From Tubulanus polymorphus (taxonomy: Eukaryota; Animalia; Nemertea): a DNA stretch of 64,000 nt. Below the pieces are notes generated by a model. That model searched no databases, had not been told where the DNA came from, and worked only from the letters and a program-made list of their open reading frames with translations. Shown here one piece after another: positions 29,901-40,836 of this stretch (its first letter is position 1; each line of letters begins with the position of its first letter). The translations under genes were made by a program, and so were the position numbers. Where the stretch lies: assembly GCF_964204645.1 (NCBI RefSeq), contig NC_134026.1, positions 29,980,150 through 30,044,149 on the forward strand. Reading direction: 5' to 3'.

Positions 29901-31360
29901 TGAAGACGCGAGCTTTTGTCATGAGAGACAAGAAATTGATTCTGGATTGTTTAGAAGATTCACATATAAGAGATATTTCATCGCTCACACCTGACAATGC
30001 TCGAGTTCACGTTCTACAAATGAACAAACTCAATTTCAAGGTAGCTACAGTTCACTTTTCCTATATCTATATAGTTTTTAACTCATTGCCTGCTAAAAAC
30101 GTACTGGTACGTTCGATATCTCCCATCACTTGCCTGCCAAACCCGTACAGGTACTGTTGACTTGTTTCTTAACTTTAACGATAGATGGCAAATTCATCGC
30201 ACAACACCACTTAGTTTATTGCCTTTTACTACTAAAACAAACTATCATCAGTCGTTCTATGCAGTGCGTCAGTGACGTCATCTATTGAAATGGGGGTTGA
30301 ACACGCATGAATGGGCATATTTTATGCATAATACCCCCTCTGTACTAGTGATTGCTGCAGATTGTATCACTTTTAGAAGAAATACCGCTTATTTCACATG
30401 AAAAAGCAAGACCAGATGAACAAAATAACACACATTTTATGAAGATATCTCTTAGTTTTTGTATTATGAATATCTGAAAAACACGGAAATCCTGGCAAAG
30501 CGCAGCATTTCCTGAAAAATAGGCCTGGCAGGCAAAGGGTTAAAGGGTTTGAGAACTTTGAAGCTTCATTTCTAGTTTACGCGTGATAATTTGTAATTTT
30601 AGGATTTGCAGTCACATCTGAGTAAATACTCGAGTGAGTATGATTGTTTGGTGGCGTTCGAACCGACGGGATGGACTCATCGTAAATCAACCACTCCGGG
30701 ATTTAAACCGAAGTTATCAAGGGAGAATGTGAAAGTTTACGGTAAGTTTTATGAAATTGTGTGGTATCAATCTGTAGCCTGCATTTTGAGTTCAGGCTAA
30801 ACAGGGTGGCCACTGACCTGGAAAACTCAAGGAATCAGAAAAAACCAAAAAGGAATTTGTCAAATTTTACCAGAAACCTGGAAAACTCAGGGAATTCAGA
30901 AAAATCTAAAAAGGAATTTGTCAAATTTTACCAGAAACCTGGAAAACTCAGGGAATTCAGAAATGCTATGTGGCCCACATGTTTCTTTGTCAGTATGTGA
31001 TTCAATGAAAAACCGAACGAATTGCACCCGGTACATATCTAAAACCTAGAAGTTTCTCTGATTCACGCTGAATTTTGTGTGATCACAGGGAAAACTTAGG
31101 GGATTTGTCGATAGAAGGAGGCCACCCTGCTAGAAAACTGACTACCTGTTTCATTGAGACTTGTATTAGGAATTTGGTACGATAAATTTTTCTTCGCAGG
31201 TATCCCGTATAGTGAACACAGTAGTTATTCAGAAATGAAACGTTTTGTGCAGTTCATTAAACCGGATAAAATAATTCCAACCGTAAATAACGGTAAAGCT
31301 GAATCTCGTCGACGTATGGTCGAGATATTTAACAGTTGGATGAGTGAAGAAATATCCTGA
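26983..31360 (+). CDS. DCLRE1A: DNA cross-link repair 1A (SNM1A) nuclease
   Basis: N-terminal EDDIWNYK; [14 protein letters not shown]; [13 protein letters not shown]...HYRKYLH; PIP box QTSLLSFF (28437-28460); CPFYKRIPG; MBL motif [10 protein letters not shown]; [46 protein letters not shown]. Confidence 0.95.
30082..30539. mobile_element. Non-autonomous piggyBac-like element in a DCLRE1A intron
   Basis: TTAA on both flanks (30078-81, 30540-43); TIRs CTCATTGCCTGC / GCAGGCAAAGGG; subterminal repeat ttgcctgc..cgtac.ggtac. Confidence 0.75.
30802..31129. mobile_element. hAT-like MITE with internal ~58 bp tandem repeat (DCLRE1A last intron)
   Basis: TIRs CAGGGTGGCC / GGCCACCCTG; unit acctggaaaactcagggaattcagaaaa...ttaccagaa about 2.5x. 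No clear TSD. Confidence 0.7.
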
Positions 31361-31711
31361 CGAGACCAATGCATTAAACTCTGCGAATACAATCAGTATT
31401 TTTCACCTATTTTTGAGCCATTTTTTCTCTATTCGAGAGATCAGGGATTAGAAATTTTCATGTGCAAATCAAATTTACATTTATTAAAATGATGTTTCGA
31501 ATTTCGAATAATTCGTTATTAATTTTCTTTTTTGGCTGAGTCACACATATTTTTAAAGTACGTAAGGTCATTTCTCAGTGTTATTAGTGAAGAAAAAAAC
31601 ACATCAGTTAAATGTGCAATGTATTTTAGCTGTAATTGGATAAAGCTGCGGGTCGTTTGTAATACAAGCAGCTCTATTTGATGGGCTTTATACTTTGTGT
31701 AAAGGCCACGC

Positions 31712-32040
31712 TTGTTTACCTCTTCGTCCACGTGCACTTGTTGACAAGTGACATTTCCGCGAATTAATGACGTCATCGGTGTTATGGACTTCCCGGGAAC
31801 CTGTTGCGGTCATTAGGTTACACCCGCTGAAAGAAAGCTTCAATGCATGCTCATACCCTGTAATAATTATAAACTCAATATAGGAGCATCCTCTGGTTTG
31901 GTTGAGGTATGCAAATGTGACAAAATATGCGCGTTAAATGTATTTATTCTTGCAAAAATGATAAAAGTTCTAGCGATTTCCGGGTTTTCCATCGAGAAAT
32001 GGGCGGGGCGAGGAACAAGTGGTTGGCCCGTGATTGGATT
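31712..32040 (+). promoter_or_regulatory. Putative CREBRF promoter motif cluster
   Basis: FOXO TTGTTTAC (31712), E-box CACGTG (31729), palindromic CRE ATGACGTCAT (31767), TTCCCGGGAA (31790), GC box GGGCGGGGC (~32000), ATTGG (~32033). Confidence 0.5.
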
Positions 32041-32946
32041 AAACTTGCATACGTCATCGATCACAAGACTTGTCACAATGGCTGACAGAACCAAAACAAA
32101 GCAGAATAACAAGGAAGTGCAATTTATGATCGCTAGAAATTTCGTTAAAAAGTAGATTTCTTACAATATAACAGTGGATCAATTAATACAGAAAGATACA
32201 GGAAAGTCTGGGGGATGTACTGATGGTAAAATTGTGGTAAGTCTTTCGTCTTAAATACACTAAATTGAGCCTCAAATATGAGTAATCTCTGTCAGCCCAC
32301 GTTTTGACTCGGTGCCAAAACGTGGCTGATGTAGCTTGCATAACTGGGTTGTAACAGTAGGATTTCATCAGCTGAATATGAATCATACCTCCTTGAAATC
32401 ATAAAATCTGTCGATTGCGGATGTTGTCAAACCTATTTCTGTGTTATACGACGATGAATGGTTTTTGTTGGTTATATAATACTTGACCAGAATCGATAAT
32501 CATAAATTATTATACTGAACTGATCGTGAACCTACAAAACAAGATGGTGGTGCTTGCGAGAGTTCTAGTAAACAACACTGCTGCACTAGTGTAGTTACTA
32601 TTAAACATATGTATCAGTAAAATGCATCTTTAATGCCTGATCCATAATTCTAATCCACTTTGAATTAAAACTGCTGACAGATCACCTCTCTGCCTCTCTC
32701 ACTCGAACAGTGAGTCCGTTAGTCGTCTTTTTATTCGATTTGTTAGATATTGTTTTGTTATGTAACCATGGTTTAACTACAATACGCCACGTGTTGTGCA
32801 TTATTCCCGGCCAAATGACAAAAAAACGTCAGACAAAAAGACTCCTCTCTTATTCTGTCAGCTATTTGAAGAAGTTGATCTCCTTAATGGACATACTAAT
32901 GTCCTTGTTAGTTAATACATTTTCGTTGGCGGCAGTTAGAACTTCG

Positions 32947-33148
32947 CCTAATTCTTGGTGGCAAGCTTTTATAATTGTGGATGGGCTTTATACCAACAAA
33001 AATATATGATAATGAAACTAAACCACATTCAGCTTATGGTTTGATATAGTCAGTAGGCCTAACCTGTCTGTGGTTTAGTTTCACGATCGGATATTTTCAT
33101 AAACCACAAGCCCATCCGATTATAAAAAGCTTACCACCAACGATTAGG
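32947..33148. mobile_element. Foldback/MITE-like inverted repeat in putative CREBRF intron 1
   Basis: Arms of ~80 bp at 32947-33027 and 33069-33148 (CCTAAT..TTGGTGG.AAGCTTTT..GGATGGGCTT..TGAAACTAAACCACA and its reverse complement). Confidence 0.75.
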
Positions 33149-33469
33149 TAACTAACTAGGGTTGATATATCTCAACAAGTATAGGAGTTAGCGTCCAGAT
33201 ACCTGATTAAACTAATAGGCCTGTAGACTGGAATAACCTTGTTGGCAGTAAATGGTTTAAAGTACTGAACTCAATGGTATAAGTTGATAAGTTTACAGTA
33301 AGCTAATTGACACAAAACAAAGATCAAAGTTCAGAAGAAAAATATTGGCACCAGAATCATTGTGAATAGGGATATATGGTAGTCAGTAATGTATATTTAA
33401 AGAGTTCGAATATTAAATTGATAAAATATTATTTAGGTTGCAGCATGGGTTTATAAACTGTTGAGTCAG

Positions 33470-36400
33470 ATGACAGCGAACAATCTGATGGCCATGGAGA
33501 GGGTAGGTTCAGATGATTCTGCAACCAATGTGAATCTACCAATTTTCAGTCATTAAAATCAAAGGTGAATCTACTTATATTTTTTAGCCTCCAATTCAGT
33601 TTTCATCGTTGAATATTGATATTCCTGGCGTTCAGACGAGTTGCGCCAACTCGGCCGGTGACCATTCACTGGTGCCGGATACGAGTATGTATGCTAGCAG
33701 TCCAAACTCACTATTCATGTATGAACAGGAAAAAGCTGATATGCTGAACACATTAGGCATGAGCGGTCCTAATTGTCAACAACAACCACAACGTCCAGTC
33801 AGCAAAGCGAGGATGATAGCCACCGGCCAGTTACCTCAAATTAGCGAAGCTTCTTTGGCCGATGAACTATTATCGATTGAGAATGAAGATCTATTTCGAG
33901 GAGGTTACAATACGCAAGTGTCTTCTTCGCTAGAAAGTTACGGCGAAGTGCCGATGAATTGGGAAAATTCAAATTTCGATACGTTACCGGAACCCAGTGA
34001 AATATGGAACGTGAATGACTATGAGAAATTGGGCAACGTTTTCCAATCGGCGAAAGTCGGAGTGAATGGTCCGACATTAGCCGAGTTGAACTGCGATGAA
34101 TCTTTATTCGAAGATTTAGATCCGAATTTGCTGGAGTGTATGTTGAACGGCGATATGGCGACTACGGATTGGAATAATCCGGACGTACCATCAGCTCGGG
34201 CATCACCTACTACCGCTATCACTCCTACGCTTAATAATACATGCACAAAAAAAGTAATACTCGCTGCTGGCAGTGGGTTTATCAAGTCTGAGCCAGTGAG
34301 TAAAGTTTCACAGTTGATAGGAGCTGCGGGTCCTGAAGGCAGCGTTCAGAAACACTCTAAATGTTCGGCCGCTGCTGGTCGACCTCCAGTAGTTGAAACC
34401 GTTCCTGTGTTTGTTAAGAAAGAACAGGATGTCGTCTGTTTACAAGATTCGAGTTGCTCAAGTAATAATGCGACTGATAAGAAAAGCCCTTTGAAGTGTT
34501 TGTTAGTGAATAAGAGTACGGTGCCTATCGTAAAGACGCCTATCGTAAAGACGGAACAAGCGGCCAATACCCCGCCACTTCATGGCACTGATTTGAAATG
34601 GCAACAAGTTCGACAGTTTATTCACGATGAGGAGCCGACATTTCTACCAATTAATACCAGAAATAAAGGTACGCAATGGAGTTTGTTTGAATGTTGATTT
34701 TATGATTAGGGACATGGTTCCACAATTGTTTTAAAATAAGTTGAGCAATGATACAGCGTTAGTTCATTTCAAACCCTTGAATCACTCTGTTGAAACAAGT
34801 CCCGAAATAAGTATCCAGTGGACTCCCTTTTAATCTGGGAGTCGATTGCTCTCGGATTGTCCCGTACCCTAGACAATACGTTACAAATTTTCTTACTCCA
34901 ATTCATCGTGATAATGACCCATCCCTGCTCTGACTGCATCGGAGAGGTTTTACAGTATATTGTACGTAAAATTATGAAATCCTAGGCTCAAGAATCAGAA
35001 GACAATCAAATGTATCGATGGATACTGAAAGTGAAGCTGATGAATGTAGCGATTATGAGGATGGTGGATGGCTTTCTGATGCAGGTAACTCTCAATAAAC
35101 TCTATTTCAATTCTTCCACCAAATTTATTGTCGATGTTTTAAAGCTATTTATGATGATTATTTCCGCAGATTCTGTCGATAGTTGGTCGAGTAATAAATC
35201 GCTCGGAAAGAAATCGGCCGATCGTTATTTCTGGCAGTACAACGCTCAGTCTAAAGGTCCGAAGGGTCAACGTCTGCACATCCCGAAAGACGAGAAAGAT
35301 CCGCACGTGCTGACATCGTTTCACGATCCGGTGTTCGATAACGAGCAGCCGGTCGTTCCGATCCGACACGGAGGTAAAGCTCGTCGCGGCGACGGAAACG
35401 ACGTCTGCCCGAATCCACGTAAACTGTTTCAGATCGGACACGAGTTGAAGAAGTTGAATAAAACGATCGAAAGTTTGACGCCGTCGAGCGACGTACCGGC
35501 ATCGGTGAGAAATAAAACGAGAAGAGAAAAAAATAAATTAGCCTCGAGGTATTTATTTATTACCTGTTGAATATTATACAATTCATTCTGTAGCCGATTT
35601 CCAGGGTTTTTACAGATCAGTAAAAATCAGGGAATTGTGGATTCATTTTCCCTACAGGAAAAGTCACGGGATTCCGACTGTTGAAAAGACTATATTATGA
35701 TTTTTAGGAATCGGGGAAAAGTCTGGGAATTTTCTTTTCTTTGAATTAATGGTCGTTATATCAGTTAGTTAACCACTATTTAACTTGAACAATTGTCCCC
35801 TTGTGTCCTTTATTTAGCGGTAATCATGATTGATTTATATTTCAGGGCGTGTAGATTGAAGAAGAAAGCTCAACACGAAGCAAACAAACTGAAACTTTTT
35901 GGTTTGGAAGGTGAACACCGTAAGTGTTTAAATACAATTGCATATAATACAAAAATACATACTGAGGTTACTATATAGAAAATCAATTCTAATGACACGT
36001 TTATAGCAGGTGCAATTTAACAGCAGGCAGGCACTGTATTTATCTTTGACTCATAAAAAGCTGCGTCTAATTGAAATTTAGATCGGTTACCGCTGTCCAT
36101 AAATCAGTTAATTCATCGTTTAGAACTATAATGTTAAGAATAACCACTGACTGATGACTACTTGTTTCAGAACAACTGATGACTGTTTTAACTGAGATCA
36201 AGACACTAATCACTGATAGAGTACTTCATCCTGACCAATGGGAAGATAAAAAACTGATCACTCATTTGGACAATCTGATCAAGACATATCTCAGTAAGTC
36301 TCATGCAGAGTTCAAGGTTTTTACAGAATTGTCTATTGTTTATAGTTTTGTACCTGATTTGACTTTGTATTTATAGGTTCAATGATAGCGGGTCATGCCT

Positions 36401-36471
36401 CTGATTATGTGACAAGCGTTCTTGATAAAGTGTCGGCAGGAGACCTTACTGGAGGTATTAAACGAAAATAG
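33470..36471 (+). CDS. CREBRF: CREB3 regulatory factor (REPTOR orthologue), bZIP
   Basis: GPTLAELN; [15 protein letters not shown]; DPVF; [34 protein letters not shown]; [29 protein letters not shown]; C-terminal [20 protein letters not shown]. The ATG 33470 exon splices in frame (33502/33588). Confidence 0.93.
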
Positions 36472-38810
36472 AACGCATTGCAGTCACGAGTAACATAAAG
36501 AGAAAGATTCATCCCTGGCTGTAGATATTGCTAGGCTACTTCTGCACAATTTACAAGTCTTCAAAGACTTATGAATAATGAGGATCCTCAATACACATAA
36601 AATATGATGTGATGCATTGATTATCTTAAGTAGTATAAGAATAACCACTGATTTGGTCAATGGTTTATGTTGTATATGAATATGTGTGTAAATACTGGTT
36701 GAAGTTTACTATCTATATACAGTCTATTGCAGCTTCTACTTATAACAATGATCTTGTATTATTATTATTACATTTGGCAAATATACAGTGTCTGAAATGG
36801 TGAAGTAGATCAGTTGTAAAGGGCTGTTAAGATATGTTGCAGAAGGGATACCACCACTGAAGTGTTTTCAAAGAATCAATTAGGGCATTGTATCTACACA
36901 CTATGTGCATGTACATTCAAAACATATTTGTATTATAGATTGCTTATTAATCAGTTATATTCAGCTGATGATATCTATCACTCCATCCATTATATTTCCA
37001 ATATTCTCTAACTGATTACATTTAGGTTTTATCTAATTACTCATTCTATATGTAAGTTAACATTTATTTAAATGTTGAATGATAAATATTACTCCGAATG
37101 ATTTAAAGACTATTGATTGTATCTCAGCTATATTCTGGATGAAATTGTTTATGGATGGAATGTTTCGATTGTAAATATTGTTGTCTGTATCGATAGTTTA
37201 GGTTTCGCTGTAACTCAGGGGTGTGTATATTATAGGGAGTAAAATGCACGTGTTGTAGTACTGGAATTGTTCGAACGGGTCATCTGTACATGTATGATAT
37301 ATTTATTGTAAAGTAGCTAGTGTTTATAAATACCAATCAGTCTTTCATTAGAATAATCTGCAGAAATGCCACAGAAAGCTTTTGGCTTTTGCCTCCCGTT
37401 ATCTTCTGCAAGCTAATGTGTTTGGGCTGAGACTATTTTTGTCCACATTTTAAACTAGAACGACGATTGCTTCTCTCTTTTCTAAATTATCTGTGATACA
37501 ACGATTAAGGCGTTAATTTGAACCCTTATGATTCATACGATGTGTTTTATGTAAATAGCTCTCTAACCGATTTGTTGATGTGTTCACAAATGGAAATTAT
37601 GATTTTGCAATATTTCCGTCTTAACATTCATCTCGAAATTCCTCATAAATTGTAACTTTCTTTTAAAATCCATGATTTTCGTAACCTGATTTCTACGTAG
37701 CTCTCAGCTGTGATGAATGGTTTATATAGTGTATATAGTTGTGACCTGTTCTTTTTAAGTTGATCACATGGTTCGAAGTCGAGCCCAAATATGATACAGG
37801 ATAAAAAGATGAGCCAGGATATGAAATGAAGGTGTTTAAGAATGACGTGCATTTAACGTATCTGTTCTGTTGTTCTTTTCAGTGAGTTACAATTCTCTAC
37901 ATATTACTACATTCTGTTACATAATTCCAATGTATGTAAATAATACATGTGTATAATATGCAAATATTATGTTTTTGTCCTTTCACTTGTTCCGTAAAAT
38001 GATCTGCTCCGAGATGTAAAGTGAAACTGTATTCGTACTGTTTTTGTTTTCGTGTTATGTCATCACCTAGGTGACTACAAGCCTTCTTCAAGTCACTCGG
38101 TTCTGAGCCTTACGGACAACATGACCTGTCACAAGACAGTCTCATCTCTATTGATGTTCTCCATGGAAGGTGACAAAATGTCGGTAATGCTGTAATATAA
38201 ATTCCCCCCATAAGAATGAAAGAAATGTTTGCTTGAGCTTGTAGTTCATTCAATGATTCCTTGATTCCAGTATTCCTGAAGATGACTAATAGGCTCTAGC
38301 CGAAATTATGTTGAATAAACCATACCTCAAGGAAAGATTTCGAACTCTATTATTCATTCCACAATATGGGATTTGATTTTATTGTTATAACATGTGCCGA
38401 GTGTATCATCAATGGTCAGCAACTTAGTTGTGTTGGCAAAAGTGATTTGTTGTTAGATGTTTAAGTGTAAAGTGGTTATGAGTCGAATATTGTTGGAATG
38501 GATGGACACTAGCTCCACGCGAAAAACAGAGCGTATTAGAAAATGAATCATACGTGTATAGGTTTCTGAAAGTTCTGATGTAAAATATCTTGTAAATAGT
38601 TATTTAAACACAACCATCATGCATTTATGTATTTATTCGCCTTGAAAAACATGAAAATGGTTAATATGAATTCACTCTAAGAATGTATTTCGACTGAAAC
38701 AACTCTGACCAGCTGATGTAAGTCCTAGCCAGTTCTTAAAATGCTGTTGTTTTTTATCAGGCGACTTTTCTAGGGTTAGTGAGACACGTGGTAACCCTAG
38801 ATTTGGCCCG

Positions 38811-38968
38811 GGGCCAAGTGCTCCAAACTTGGTTAAAGTTAAATGATGGACAAAGGCCTTAGTAACATTTGAGATAACATTGTAACCATGTTGTTGGTCA
38901 ACCAGTTAACTCTTACTATGGACATATAAACTTGTCCATGCTCTAACCAACTTTTGAGCAACTGGCCC
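38811..38968. mobile_element. Harbinger-like MITE in the CREBRF 3' region
   Basis: TIRs GGGCCAAGTGCTCCAAACTTGGTTA / TAACCAACTTTTGAGCAACTGGCCC; flanks CCG and CTG. Confidence 0.72.
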
Positions 38969-40633
38969 CTGATTATTTATATCAGGTGACCAACTCTAGA
39001 CCGATCACAACTGTAGAACAAGTGAAAGAAGAATATCAGCTTTGTTAAAGTTGTGTACTGTACCTGTGTGTGTGTTATTGTAATGAGAAGGTGCTTATTG
39101 ATACCTATCTTACTTAGGCTTCTATGTATTTACATAATCCCTTACGATAATACTGTGTATATAGTAATGTATATATGAATCAGTGACTGACGTGGATGAA
39201 TTGTGGACTGTGATATGTAAAGACTCTGATTTCCCACATGCATCTTTATTTTACACTGTAATTTGCTGATATTTAAGGTGTAAAAAACATTTTATATTTG
39301 AATTTCTGAACTGCTCTACGGCGGGATGTTAGTACGAGTTATTACTGGGTCGTTTTACATTTCTAAATTGATGATGTGGGATATTCTAACTTTCTTAAAA
39401 AAATCATGTATTTAGAAATCTTATGCATTTTATATTAACGGTTTTGTGGCTAAAAGTTGAAAGGCGGCAACACTTCATTAAAAGTCTACCCTATTTTACA
39501 TATTAATGTCTAAAACCTGCAACGGTTCATTATGACTTACGTATGGAAGTTGGCATCAGTTAGAAGGTAATTGAATTTTCACCTCTAATCTACAATTTAC
39601 ACATTTTGGAAACGTCTGAAGCTTTTCAATTTAAGCCTGGTGATATGTATAATGAAATGTATAATTCTGTTTCTTGAATACTTCATTGAACGGATTGTTA
39701 TCAGTTCAATCTGTTGTGCATTGTGAAAGTGAAAGTAACAGTCTTGATTACGTGTTTGAGAAGTTGATTTGAGTAAGAACCCTGAACCGGCAGTCACAAT
39801 TCGGATTGTGGTTAGAACTGTCTTCATCAGAGTGGTTTCATCATGAATAAGTTGGCAATGAAGATCTATGCAGTGTAGTTTGGTTTAAAATACACAGGAC
39901 CCCGACACAACTTTAGTTAGCCCCAGTAACATAGGTACTGGTACTATAAATCGGGAGTAACTGAAGTTTATTCAGGCTCCTGTGGTTTAATAGTGCTTCG
40001 TTTAATTCGACAGAACGAGTGGAAAATTTCAGATGATAATGAAGATGTATATAAATGTATGTCACCATCTATGATTGTCAACAACACATTGAATATCTAT
40101 ATATCAACTGTAACTTTCACTTAAATTCAAGGAATAAAGTTATTCAATGTTAAAACGAATGTTTTGTTGATGTGTGAGGAATCCTTATAGGGCATACACC
40201 TATATATTTCATGGTGCACGACTGGCTGGAGCCGACCGCAATCAGAAAGGAAACCCTTTAGACCAGTTAACTTACTGTCGACCGATGAATGAATGGATTT
40301 GATAATGTTTTATTGAAAAAATTTATTACGTAATTACAAATTGTGTAAAATAATTTCTTATCACAGCATTTCGATAATTTCATTGGAAGCACCGTTATGA
40401 AATAAATATAACAATACTGGCTGTATTTACATAATTGTACAAATAATGCAATTGTTATTTCCCACTGCTCACATAAACACTAATTATTCGTTAGAAGTGC
40501 ATGGTGGTAGCTTCATCAGCTATAAGCTCATGAAGCTACCATTCACAATCATATAAAATCAAGTTGACCTACCAAAAAACTACCGGTATCGGCTACAACT
40601 GAGTTAGAAATAATTACAAGTGAAATATCGCTA

Positions 40634-40791
40634 CAGTGGAACCTCGTTAAAACGAACTCGGATACAACGATTCATCGGATATAACAAATACAAAATAGTG
40701 TCCCATGTTAGACAATTTGATTAATTTCACACAGGATACAACGAAATATCGGTTATAACGAACATAAGTTCGTTTTAACGAGTTTCCACCG
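40634..40791. mobile_element. Tc1/mariner (pogo/Tigger-like) MITE
   Basis: TA TSD on both sides; TIRs CAGTGGAACCTCGTTAAAACGAAC / GTTCGTTTTAACGAGTTTCCACCG. Confidence 0.85.
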
Positions 40792-40836
40792 TACAAATGT
40801 TTAACAAAAATAGACTAGTTCACTTAAGTCACCGCG

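Noticed and set aside
30761-31000. Repeat array and repeated-peptide ORF, superficially CRISPR-like
   Set aside because: Contiguous tandem units without unique spacers inside a TIR element in a eukaryotic intron; no cas genes.
33841-35502. Antisense ORFs over CREBRF (and similar shadow ORFs over the GPCRs and DCLRE1A)
   Set aside because: Expected shadows of GC-richer coding exons, with no recognisable motifs.
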